Source: Prevotella phage Lak-A1
Length of the DNA stretch: 32,000 bases
Direction: 5' to 3' (one strand)
Sequence record: MK250016.1
Shown here: piece by piece, positions 1 through 10,715 of the stretch
How the letters are laid out: every line of letters begins with the position of its first letter
Position numbering within the stretch: the stretch's first letter is position 1
The notes under the pieces: generated by a model
Database searches by the model: none
What the model was told of the DNA's origin: nothing
The model's input: only the letters and a program-made list of their open reading frames with translations
Translations under genes and position numbers: made by a program

Positions 1-441
1 GGTTGTCCAAATAATTGTCCTGGTTGTCATTCATCATATTTAGCAAATGATATAGGTACTGAATTAACAGAAGATGTATTGGATAAACTAATTAATGATA
101 ATAAAGGTATTACCTGTATAGGTTTTATGGGTGGGGATAATAATCCTAAAGAAGTTGTAAGATTATCAATGTATGTTAAAGAGAAATACCCAAATTTACA
201 TACTGGTTGGTATTCTGGTAGAGAAGTATTTCCATTACATCATGGTACTTTTGATTATATTAAATTAGGACCATGGAAAGAAGAATGTGGACCGCTAACA
301 TCAAAGACGACAAATCAGGTTATGTATATGAAAGTAGATGGTGGTATAGATAATCCAATATTTGTTGATATTACAAAGAAAGCATTTCAATCTTCAAAAC
401 CATGGGAAACTGATTATTTGGAGAATAATGACAATGTGTAA
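1..441 (+). CDS. nrdG: Anaerobic ribonucleoside-triphosphate reductase activating protein (NrdG-like radical SAM), 5'-truncated by window
   Basis: Open in frame 1 from base 1: GCPNNCPGCHSSYLAND... matches the Cys motif of NrdG (GCPxxCPGCH), then CIGFMGGDNNP, ends TAA at 439-441. The track start (79, TTG) is internal. Confidence 0.85.
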   Translation, partial: GCPNNCPGCHSSYLANDIGTELTEDVLDKLINDNKGITCIGFMGGDNNPKEVVRLSMYVKEKYPNLHTGWYSGREVFPLHHGTFDYIKLGPWKEECGPLTSKTTNQVMYMKVDGGIDNPIFVDITKKAFQSSKPWETDYLENNDNV

Positions 442-443
442 AA

Positions 444-542
444 ATGAAAGGTAAATGTTACAAATTACATATAGTTTTGAGTAAATTAACAGATCTAGAT
501 CAGAAAATGATCCATTTTTATGCTGAAAAGCATATTTTTTGA
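444..542 (+). CDS. Possible 32-aa small protein
   Basis: ATG directly after nrdG stop: MKGKCYKLHIVLSKLTDLDQKMIHFYAEKHIF*. Confidence 0.25.
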   Translation: MKGKCYKLHIVLSKLTDLDQKMIHFYAEKHIF

Positions 543-685
543 AAACAATTAGATAAATAAAATGTAAGATAGTTAAAGAATTTGATTATAGATAGTTATT
601 AAAATAAATTACAAATATATAAAGAAATTAAAAAACGGTTTTCACAAACAGTTTTCTAAAATTAAAAATAAATTGAATTTACGTT

Positions 686-790
686 ATGAGAACAATTATG
701 AACGCAGTTAAGAATGCTTGGACAGCATACTGTAATGGTAATTACGAAATGAATAAGGCGGTTTATGAAGCAGGGCTTATTCTTATGTAA
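686..790 (+). CDS. Small protein, 34 aa (MRTIMNAVKNAWTAYCNGNYEMNKAVYEAGLILM)
   Basis: ATG..TAA ORF preceded by AATTTACGTTA, the same element found upstream of the next small ORF. Confidence 0.4.
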   Translation: MRTIMNAVKNAWTAYCNGNYEMNKAVYEAGLILM

Positions 791-843
791 TTTAAAAAAA
801 GATAGTTAGAAAAATTTTAAAATTAAATTTACGTTAGTTGATT

Positions 844-990
844 ATGAAAAGAATTTTTAGTTTATTGAAGCGTGCTGGTAAAGCATACTGCAAAGCATAT
901 ACAGAAGCTAACACTATTGATTTAGGCAATGGTAAAGTTGCATACATTGGCGGTACTTGTGGCAATATGGGCGTTGTATATGTAGCTTAA
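844..990 (+). CDS. Small protein, 48 aa (MKRIFSLLKRAGKAYCKAYTEANTIDLGNGKVAYIGGTCGNMGVVYVA)
   Basis: ATG..TAA ORF; shares the A(W/G)..AYC pattern and upstream AATTTACGTTA with the preceding small ORF. Confidence 0.45.
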   Translation: MKRIFSLLKRAGKAYCKAYTEANTIDLGNGKVAYIGGTCGNMGVVYVA

Positions 991-1217
991 GTTTTAAGCA
1001 AAGATGAAGTATTTTTATTGACACACATTCAAATGAGCAATCCGGCTCATTTGATTCGGTTATGGTTGGATTCCATATAAATAGTAAAAATTATTTAGTG
1101 TTTTGTGATGTATTCATCTTTATTTTTAGAAAGTTATTTAATCCTTAATGGATATTCATATAATAGGAATAATGATGATATGATTTAGGAATATTATAAT
1201 CATATCAATAGTAATAT

Positions 1218-1262
1218 AAAAGAGGAAATAGTTTAATGTTAAAAAACTATTTCCTCTTTTTT
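1218..1262 (+). terminator. Rho-independent terminator
   Basis: 17-bp perfect inverted repeat AAAAGAGGAAATAGTTT / AAACTATTTCCTCTTTT followed by T-tract. Confidence 0.85.
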
Positions 1263-1304
1263 TAATATAATAAACATAATAAAAAGTAATAGATTACTTA
1301 AATA

Positions 1305-2423
1305 ATGACAACAACAAAAAATATAATTTAGATTAAAGCAAGTAAATGTATTTTTCTTGCTGATATTCATTTAGGTGTAAGATCTGCATCAGAAGAATGG
1401 CAAGAAAATATTTCATCATATTTTTATAATTGGTTTATTCCATATATAAAATCATTAGTGGAAAAAGATCCTACTTATTTTTTAGCAATTTTAGGTGATG
1501 TATATGATGATAGAAAATCTATTGATATTAATGTAAATGATTTAGCAATAGATATATTTGAAATTTTAGGATCTATATTACCAGTTTATATTATAAACGG
1601 AAATCATGATCTATCTAAAAGAACAAACAAAGGAAATACATCATTAAGAAATTTAGATAATATTCCAAATGTTACAGTTATAAAAGAACCGACATTAATT
1701 AAGATTAAACCATCAACTAAGATATTATCAAATATTATAGCAATACCATATTTGGGTTCACATGAAGAAGAAAATAAAGTATTACTTGAATATTCAGGTA
1801 AAGCAAATTATGCATGGATGCATACAGATATTTCGCAAATGAAATTTGATAATGGTATGACTATTATCGGTGCAGTTGATTCAAAAATATTTAAAGGAAA
1901 AATATTATCAGGACATATTCATAAACGGCAGGAATTAGGTAATGTTATTTATGTAGGTTCTCCATATCAGTTAAGAAGATCAGATATAGGAAATACAAAA
2001 GGAGTTTATACAGTAAATTTTACTAATAACGAATTATTATTTGAAGAAAATAATTATAGTCCAATATTTCATAAAATAAAGGTAGAAGATTTTCTGAAAC
2101 TAAGTGTTAAAGAAAGAGATGAATTTCTTAATAATAATTATAATGATATTCTTATAGAAGAATCTGATTTGAGAAAATATAAATCAGGAACAATATATGA
2201 TATGGCAAATCTTTCTAATGCAAAGAGAGTGCAAATTATTGTTAATAAATCTCATCATGATTTGGATAATATAGATAATGAAGAATATAAAGAATTATCT
2301 ATAGAAGAACTTATCAATGAATCAATTTCACAATTAGATGTTGATGATGAAACAAAAGGCAGATTAAAGAATATCAGTAGAGACAGATTAAAACAAGCAG
2401 AAAATGAATTAAATGAAGTTTAA
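1305..2423 (+). CDS. SbcD/Mre11-type metallophosphoesterase, T4 gp47-like recombination endonuclease subunit (372 aa, one TAG=Q)
   Basis: With TAG=Q: MTTTKNIIQIKASKCIFLADIHLGVRSA...ILGDVYDD...NGNHDLS...HTDISQ...LSGHIHKRQ; all metallophosphoesterase motifs present. The track ORF 1458-2423 is the downstream part in the same frame. Confidence 0.9.
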
Positions 2424-2484
2424 TTATAAATAAATTATCACAAATTATTAAGTTTGTGTTAAAATTAATTAAACTAATTTTTAA

Positions 2485-2700
2485 ATGGATACTATAACAT
2501 TTATAACAATATATTTTTTAATAGGATTAATAACATATATATACTTTATTACTTTAGTTAATAAAGCTGAATTAACTTTAGAATGTAAAATAAAGATATT
2601 CTTAATTTCAATTTTGGCAAGTCCATTAGTTATTCTATTAGAATTGTTTGTTTTAATTTTAAATAAAACACGTAATTTAAATGAAGATAGAGAAGATTGA
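2485..2700 (+). CDS. Small membrane protein, 71 aa
   Basis: MDTITFITIYFLIGLITYIYFITLVNKAE...; two hydrophobic segments; overlaps start of next gene. Confidence 0.55.
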   Translation: MDTITFITIYFLIGLITYIYFITLVNKAELTLECKIKIFLISILASPLVILLELFVLILNKTRNLNEDRED

Positions 2701-4357
2701 ATTTCGTAATTTATTTTCATATGGTGAATAGGTATAGGAAATAAATTATGATGATACGGGAAAACTTATACTTTTAAAAGGTTAGAGTGGTGCAGGTAAA
2801 TCTGCAATTCTTTCATTACCATGTTTATTATTATATGGAAAAATAGAAAAAGTTCCAAAAACTTCTATTGCAAATAGAATTAATAAAAATGGATGGATGA
2901 GAGGAACAATTAAACAGGGGTAGCATACATATGTAATAGAAAGAAAGTTTTCTCCAAATGGTGTAACAGTATTTAAAGATAATGAAAATATTGAAAATTA
3001 TGGAACAAAAGATGCATAGTCATTTATTGATTCAGAAATTATAGATATTCCATAGGCAACATATTCAAACATGATTTCAATTTCAATGAAGTCATTTAAA
3101 TCATTTCTTAAAATGTCACCAGCAGATAGAAAACAGATTATAGACAGAGTTTTTGATTTAGAAATTATCAATGTTGTTTTTGAAAATCTTAAAAAAGATA
3201 TGAGAGAATTAGGTTCTTCTATAAATGCAGATAATTCTACCATATTTTCTTTAAACCAAACTATATAGAATGCAAATAATGAATTAATTCAAATTCAGCA
3301 GAAAATATAGTCAAAAGAAAGTAAAGATAAGATTGAAGAAAATAATAATAAAATTTAGGAAGATAATCAGAAACTTAAAACATTAAATGATGGTTATAAT
3401 CAATATGTATAGAAACAGCAAGAAATAACAAATCAATTTAATTCTATTAAAAATTAGCAGATTGAAAATTCTGTTAATATACGATAGATTCAAGAAAAGA
3501 TTAATCTTTTTAAATAGGAAAAATGCCCTACATGCGGATGTTCTTTTTCATCTGAACAATTTAATGAATTAAGAGAAAATCTTAATAAGTTAATGCAAGA
3601 TAAAATGAATATTGATACATAGTTACAAGGCTAGATGAAAACACTTACAGATAATAGTAAAATTGTATCAGATTATCTTAATAAAATCGCGTCTGCTGTC
3701 ACGAAAATCAATTAGAGTATAAATGCATTAAATTCAGAAAATCTTGTGATACAGGAGAAATTAAAGTCTAATTCTGAATATAAAGCTGTACAAAATATTA
3801 TTGAAAAAACTACTGATTAGTTAAATGTAATTAAAAAGAATATTGAAGATAAAAATCAATAGATGTTAGATTTACAGAATTTATCTTTAGTATATTCAAT
3901 AGACGGTGTAAAACAAAAAGTTATTAATAATTATTTGCCTTTATTAAATAAAGAAATTGAGGATAATTTAATATAGTTGAATATTCCATATGGATTGGAA
4001 TTTGACAGTAAATTTGATCCGCATCTTAAAGATTTAGGTAATGAATTAGATCCAGTTACATTAAGTGATGGAGAAATGACAAGAGTTGATATAGTTGTTT
4101 TATGTAGTTTATTTAAATTACTTAAAAGACGATACCCATCAATTAATACATTTACATTAGATGAAGTTATTTCTACATTGGACAATTCAAATTCAGGAGC
4201 AGTATTGGAATTTTTAAAGAATTTTGCAAAAGATAATAAATTGAATTGTTTTGTAGTATCACATACAGATTTATACTTGGAAAATTTTGATGAAATAATA
4301 GAAGTTGAAAAACATAACGGATTTTCAAGATTTACTGTTATGTTAACATCACAATAA
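2681..4357 (+). CDS. SbcC/Rad50-type ATPase, T4 gp46-like recombination endonuclease subunit (558 aa, about 19 TAG=Q codons)
   Basis: Frame 2 open from ATG 2681 to TAA 4357 only if TAG is sense: MKIEKIEFRNLFSYGEQVQ...LLKGQSGAGKSAILS (Walker A), KCPTCGCSFS (zinc hook CxxC), TLSDGEMTRVDIVVLCSLF (signature), FTLDEVISTLD (Walker B/D loop), FVVSHTD. Confidence 0.9.
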
Positions 4358-4360
4358 TTT

Positions 4361-4391
4361 AAAGGATACTAATTCATTTAGTATCCTTTTT
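4361..4391 (+). terminator. Rho-independent terminator after gp46-like gene
   Basis: 12-bp perfect inverted repeat AAAGGATACTAA / TTAGTATCCTTT plus T-run. Confidence 0.8.
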
Positions 4392-4434
4392 GCTTATTAA
4401 TAAAACTTTATATATTTTACATTATATAAACTAT

Positions 4435-5565
4435 ATGGATAACAGTAATAATATATTTGACACATCATCATTAACGATTAAAAAAATGTCGGATGATGAT
4501 TTTTACATGGAAACTACATCAAAGTTACAGGAAATTCTTCAACATGAATTTAGAGGAATTCCTTATAAGCAACAAATAAAGAAAACTATTGATGGACTTA
4601 ATTTCGCATGTCCGTTTTGTGGTGATTCTGCAACAGATATACGAAAAAAACGAGCACATTTTATACTTAAAGGAAATTGGGCAGGAAATTTTAAATGTTT
4701 TAATTGCGGAAAATTTATGAAAATTCATAATTTCTTTAAGTCATTCGATGTGCCTATGTCATTATCTGCCATTACTTATGTAAATGAACATGTAACTAAT
4801 ATACCATCATATAATGCAAATTCAACTGAAATTACATCAGAAGTATTAGATAAAACATCTGTTATTCAATATTCTGTTAAAAAAGATTATATAAAAAAAT
4901 ATTTAAATCTTTTAGAAATTAATGATGTTAATGCAAAACCAGGGTATCTTTATTTAGTAAATAGATGTCAATTTAATTTTGATAATTTTTTGTATGATCC
5001 AAAAGGACAATATATTGTTATTTTAAATTTAGTTGATAATGATAAGGTATTCGGTATTCAGATTAGAGATATAACAGGTAAGAAAAAAGCTAAATATCTT
5101 ACAATGTCATTATCAAAAATTCATCATAAAATATTAAAAGATAATATAGAAATACCAGTAAATGTAGAAGCATTATCAACTGTATTTAATATATTTAATA
5201 TTGATATTTACAGACCTGTATTAGTAACAGAAGGACCGTTTGATGCATTCCTTCTGCCTAATTGTATCGCAACATCAGGTGCATCTAAATCTATTGGTAT
5301 TGATTTACCATTTTGGTTTGTATATGATTCAGATAAGACAGGAAATGAACATGCGATGAAAATGTTACAGGAAGGATATAATGTTTTTATGTGGGAAAAA
5401 CTAAAGAAAGATTTAGGATTACCAGATAAAAATCCATATTCATCAAATAAATTAAAATGGGATATTAATGATGTAATTAAATGGTGTAGAGATAATAATT
5501 ATAAACAAACTATATATTGGTCTAAATATTTTTCTAATGATATGTTAGATGGATTAGACATTTAA
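4435..5565 (+). CDS. DNA primase, DnaG/T4 gp61-like (376 aa)
   Basis: N-terminal zinc-binding CPFCGDS...FKCFNCGKF; TOPRIM-like RPVLVTEGPFDAFLLPNCIATSGAS and FVYDSDKTGNEHA. ATG at 4435 rather than the TTG at 4390. Confidence 0.88.
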   Translation: MDNSNNIFDTSSLTIKKMSDDDFYMETTSKLQEILQHEFRGIPYKQQIKKTIDGLNFACPFCGDSATDIRKKRAHFILKGNWAGNFKCFNCGKFMKIHNFFKSFDVPMSLSAITYVNEHVTNIPSYNANSTEITSEVLDKTSVIQYSVKKDYIKKYLNLLEINDVNAKPGYLYLVNRCQFNFDNFLYDPKGQYIVILNLVDNDKVFGIQIRDITGKKKAKYLTMSLSKIHHKILKDNIEIPVNVEALSTVFNIFNIDIYRPVLVTEGPFDAFLLPNCIATSGASKSIGIDLPFWFVYDSDKTGNEHAMKMLQEGYNVFMWEKLKKDLGLPDKNPYSSNKLKWDINDVIKWCRDNNYKQTIYWSKYFSNDMLDGLDI

Positions 5566-5610
5566 TAGAATGTGTTATATAAAGTATATAATAATATTAA
5601 TTTAAAAGTT

Positions 5611-6549
5611 ATGGCAAAAATGAAGCAAAATCTTTCTGATATTTTTTCAGGAGTTAATAAAGAATTATTGAATTCTACAAAGGATAAGTTTAACAAATTG
5701 TCAAGTGTAGAAAAGAAGAAAGTACTTGATAATACAAATAAACTTATGGAGACATTCTGTGATATTTGTGGTGTTGAAAATAAGTATCATTTGACAGAGG
5801 AAATGTTTGATGATGCAAAAGAAAAGTGTAAGGAAACCACAAAAAATATCAAAGATTCTATTAAGGAATCAAAGGATAATCTTGCAGAAATTGCGCGTGA
5901 TACATTGAATAAATTGGGTATTTCTGATGAGTTTATTAAGTCATGTAAGGTTGATAATGATAAGATTTATATTGATGTTCAAATGCCGGTAGATTCAGAT
6001 ATTAATGATATTGATTTGAATATTGATAATGATGGTGTATCATATGATCAGCAGGCAGAGGAACCACATAATGTACCAAAGTTTACTAGAAAGAATAAAG
6101 TAAAGAATAAGAAAGTTCGTCTTAGTAATAAGATTAAATTTAGAGATAATCATCCTGTTGTTGAGACAAAACAGATTGCAGATGATACTACACATATTCT
6201 TAATAGACTTAAGGCAGAAGCAAAAGAGAATGAAGTAAATGAACCAAAGATTAATTTGGATGATATTAAGCAGATTCTTATTGATAAGATTGAAGCTATT
6301 CTTGAAGATGAAAATACACATGCTTATACAGTTTATCCACGTGAAGGTGATGTACCAGCATCTGTACAGGTAACACTTGATGATGTATGTGGTTGCGTAC
6401 GAGAACATCTTAATATTTTTACAGATGTTGCAGATGCAATTAAGGATAAGTATGGTTTTCCAGAAGTATATGTACATATGATGGAAAACGATGATACTTA
6501 TAATGATAATACAGTTTCTGTAGGAATTATATGTATGTTGGAAGATTAA
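5611..6549 (+). CDS. Unknown protein, 312 aa, acidic/charged
   Basis: ORF MAKMKQNLSDIFSGVNKELLNSTKDKFNKL...; no TAG codons; internal lysine-rich stretch RKNKVKNKKVRLSNKIK. Confidence 0.8.
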   Translation: MAKMKQNLSDIFSGVNKELLNSTKDKFNKLSSVEKKKVLDNTNKLMETFCDICGVENKYHLTEEMFDDAKEKCKETTKNIKDSIKESKDNLAEIARDTLNKLGISDEFIKSCKVDNDKIYIDVQMPVDSDINDIDLNIDNDGVSYDQQAEEPHNVPKFTRKNKVKNKKVRLSNKIKFRDNHPVVETKQIADDTTHILNRLKAEAKENEVNEPKINLDDIKQILIDKIEAILEDENTHAYTVYPREGDVPASVQVTLDDVCGCVREHLNIFTDVADAIKDKYGFPEVYVHMMENDDTYNDNTVSVGIICMLED

Positions 6550-6586
6550 TTATTTTTCATAATTATATTTTTAATTTTGTATTTTA

Positions 6587-6622
6587 ATGCTAATCTATTA
6601 TTGCTAATAGATTAGCATTTTT
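6587..6622 (+). terminator. Rho-independent terminator
   Basis: 14-bp perfect inverted repeat ATGCTAATCTATTA / TAATAGATTAGCAT followed by T-tract. Confidence 0.85.
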
Positions 6623-6734
6623 TATTTATGTTTTTGATTATAAATATAAAAAATAATTTTTATCTAAATCAAAATTATATGTAATTATTGATAAGATAAA
6701 TAATAAAAAGAAAATTTATTTAATAAAACATAAT

Positions 6735-9700
6735 ATGGGAAAAATTTCTATTGACTTATCTACTATAAAATCAGCAGGTATTTATACTATAGAAATCGAT
6801 AACTCACAACGTGAGGTAACAAATCCTACTTCACTTCGTTTGTTACCTGGTTTTAATAATAAAGGTCCTTTCAACCGTCCAGTATTTATGCAGTATGAAT
6901 CTGAACGTCAGAAGATCTTTGGAGATATTGATAGTAAGCTTGAGTAGAAAGGTTGTTTCTTTAATAGAATGGCATAGACAATGCTTAAGAACGGTCCTAT
7001 ATTGGCTCTTAATTTGTTAAAAGTTGATGATTCAATTGATGGTCCAGACCAGGTAAACTATGCTACAATGTCATTAGATTCATGTAAGCCAAATCCTAAA
7101 GTTACAAGCGCAGGAAAAACTTATGGTGAATATGATTATCAGGCAGCAACAATTAATAATAAGTTATATGGTTCAAAACAGGGTGATGTAATTCCTTATG
7201 TAGGTAAAACACCATATGCAAGTTTGTTTGACCGCGCACGTTTCTGGATTCCTTCTAAGAATAATCTTCAGGCTGTTGCAGCTAATGGTTTATTGAGTAA
7301 TGATCAGGGTTCATATGAACATACTAATTTACTTAATTTTGCTAATACAGGTACTGATGAAATTTCAATTCTTGTTTATAAACCAGAAAATGTTACAGGT
7401 TATAATGTAACTGCAAAAGAATGGTGGGGTGGTGATGAAAACATTCCTTATGGATGGATTCGTCCATCTGATTATATTTCAGATTACTTTATCCGCGTTG
7501 TTGCAATTAAAGGTAATTGGACAAATTATCCAGTTCTTGCAAGTGATCCTATTTGGAGTAAGTATTTCGATAAGAATGGTGTAATTAAGAATAAAGTTTC
7601 ATCATTATGTTCAGCAGAAGGCGTAACATTTATCGGTTCTTGGACAGGTTCAATTATTCCTGACTTTGTTGATAAACAAGGTAATTATATGTATATTGAA
7701 TCAAAGGTAAATGCAAATACAGAACGTACTGGTCTTTTGATGTCTGTAAATGAAGATGCTCTTCAGGTTATTTCATATGACAAGAATGGTGTTGATATTG
7801 AAACAGGTAATGAAAACGGTACAGGTACATGGGTATTTGATTTTGATGGAAATAAACAAGCAGAATCAGAACTCGGTGAAAGTTCAATTAATGAATCTGG
7901 TTATCTTGTTGATATGGTTGGACATAATTTACAAAATGGTATTTATGCAGATAACTATTATTTAAATCTTGCCCATCCATTGTCAAATGAACAAAAACTT
8001 CCAGATGAGTCTGTTTTATGTTATACATATTATTTCCAGAAAACACAGGCTAGTTGTACAAAAGATTTAAATGCATGGTGTATGTCATTTAATGGTAGAG
8101 ATACATTAACAGCAGAAGATGATGTAGTTCCTGCAGCAAAAATCAGAGTGCTTTATTGTAAAAATCAATCAATTGATACAAAGAAATTTGTAAAGGCATA
8201 TTCAGTATATAATGCAGAAACAAATCAACCTGTTAAAGCAAATAATTCTAAATATGGTGCAAACTTCTATATCATGGAAGAATATAATGTTGATGAAAAG
8301 AAATCATCATTATCTACAGAGCTTTAGAAATGTTTAACAAAACCTCTTACTGATTTAACTAATGAAACTGGAAAGAAAACATTAGAAGCGATAACTACAA
8401 AGCTTAAGGGATTACCTGTATATGCTCAACCTAATTTAAAGGTTTCATATAATATAAAAGATGTTGTGTATAAACTTGATAAGAATAATAAGTTTACTGC
8501 ACAGCAAGCAACAGTCGCAGATGTAATTTCAAATGATGCAAAATATCTTTATATTAAAGAAGTACCTGTAACATCTGATACAAATGATAACTATGTATAT
8601 GAGGATAAGACCATGTATTATGGCACATACGCAATTCCTGTAGTACCAGCTCCTAGAACCGAAATCGTTGCTGATGCTGATAATACAAGCGATAAGGTAG
8701 AAGTTAAGTTATTCTCTGTAATAGCAGGAACTAAAGCAAATTCATATGCAATTATTCATGATTTAGGAACAATTACTACTACAACTGCAACTAATAAGTT
8801 AATTCCTGTTGAAATTACAAATTATAAGGATTCAAAAGCAGATACAGGTACTAGTGCAAAAGCTCAAGGATTTACATTCAGCTATGGCGGAAATGATTAC
8901 TTTGTTAGAGGAATCAGTGCAATACCACAAGCAGGAGGTATTTATACAGCTATGTATAAACTTGTTAATTCTGATACTCCAACTTATTTCGGTGTAAACT
9001 TTATGTCTTATAACTATATTACAGAGCATGTAAGTGAAGTTATTACAAATGCATATAATGCATATTACTTTAATGGATATAAGAATACTTCAAGCGTTGC
9101 AGCAGCGGTTAATTTACAAACTACAGATTTATATGATGAAGGTACATGTCCAGTAACAGATACAAATTTAAATTCATTCATTATTACTAATGAAACAGAA
9201 GCAAATAATATATCTGTAGGTGATTATGTAAATAATATTTCATTCTATAATAATGTTGGTGAAGCAGAAAAATATAATTTGATTCCAGGTATTACACGAG
9301 TTATTACAAAGGTATTCGTTAATGTTGATGCTCGTAATGAATTCTATTATAAGGGTTCTAAATATCATATTAATATTGGAGCACTTGGTGATGGTAATTT
9401 AATTGAAACAACTGCAGGTAAGAGAGGATTCTATTTGTTCACAACATTAGATCCTGTTTATATCAGTGATACTAATTATGTTGTTCGTCAGAAACCAATT
9501 ACAGATGATAGTATTTCACATAATTTGAAGTTTATCCCTCTTAAAGGTTTGCATATTTCAGCAAAACACCGTCCAGGATTTGATGAATATGGAAAACTTG
9601 ATATTGAAGGTGGTATTGAAAAGATTTACTCAATGCTTCAGGATGATGGAATTCATAGAGGTCTTTGTAATCCTAATATGGTTGATTACCGCTATATCGT

Positions 9701-10592
9701 TGACTCAATGTCATATGGTTTAACAAATGAAATGGGTGGTAAAAAATATCTTTCTATTCTTGCAATGGATCGTATGAAAACAACCGCATTACTTAATCTT
9801 CCATCTAAGAGACAGTTTGAACTTTCAGTTGATCCTTGTTTCTGTGATACATATGATCAAGGTGTTTATACAAAACCTTCATTTGATACTAAATATATAC
9901 CACAAGGTGGTAATACAGACATGTACTCAACTACAATGTTTAGCTTACCTACTGAAGATGATGGTTCTAAGTTTGCTGCTGCATTCTGGCCTCACTTAGT
10001 ATATAATGTAAATGGACGTAAGATAAATGTACCACCTGCAGCTGATGTTTGTGATGTTCTTATTCGCAAATTCAATGGTGGTGATCCTTATGTAATTGCA
10101 GCTAATAGAAACGGTATTATCAAAAACTCTGATGTTGTTGGTATTGAATTCAATGCAGATACAACAGATAGAGATTATCTTGAACCATTCGGTGTTAATA
10201 CTATTATTCAGGAAGGTAATAATATCCTTATTTACGGTAATCAAACATGTTATCAGAATACTAAGAGTGACTTTAATAAGTTACATGTTCGTGAGAACCT
10301 TAATACTCTTGAAATTGCATGTGAAGATGTACTTAAGAGATATAACTTCTTATATAATACACCAGCTGTTCGTGCTTCAGTTGTTACTGCACTTACACCA
10401 ATTCTCGAAACAATGAAATTGTCTAACGCAATTGAAAGTTATGAGATTATTTGTGATGAGTCAAACAACACACCGGACATCATAGCTGAAGATTATGGAA
10501 TAGTCGACATCAGCGTGATAGTATCTCACGGAATGGAGAAGATAGTGCAACGTATTACGTTGAATCGTAGAGATACATTACAAGATAGATAA
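6735..10592 (+). CDS. Tail sheath protein, unusually large (1285 aa; three TAG=Q codons join track ORFs 6735, 6981 and 8466)
   Basis: Three same-frame ORFs separated only by TAG. N-term SAGIYTIEIDNSQREVTNPTSLRLLPGFNNKGPFNRPVFM; C-terminal half ...FAAAFWPHLVYNVNGRKINVPPAADV...YVIAANRNGII... and ...SNAIESYEIICDESNNTPDIIAEDYGIVDISVIVSHGMEKIVQRITL typical of contractile sheath C-termini. Confidence 0.85.
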
Positions 10593-10612
10593 TTTATAAT
10601 AATATAATAATT

Positions 10613-10650
10613 AAATAGGTTAGAATTTTGAATTCTAACCTATTTTTATT
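10613..10650 (+). terminator. Rho-independent terminator after sheath gene
   Basis: 15-bp perfect inverted repeat AAATAGGTTAGAATT-TTG-AATTCTAACCTATTT then T-rich tail. Confidence 0.88.
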
Positions 10651-10715
10651 TTTTAATATTTTGTATAACTTTTTCCATAATTTGTTATATAATATATAAA
10701 TATTAATTTTTATTA

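Noticed and set aside
6945-8327. Sheath gene as broken pseudogene or frameshifted
   Set aside because: All pieces are in the same frame, separated only by TAG; the same pattern recurs across many genes.
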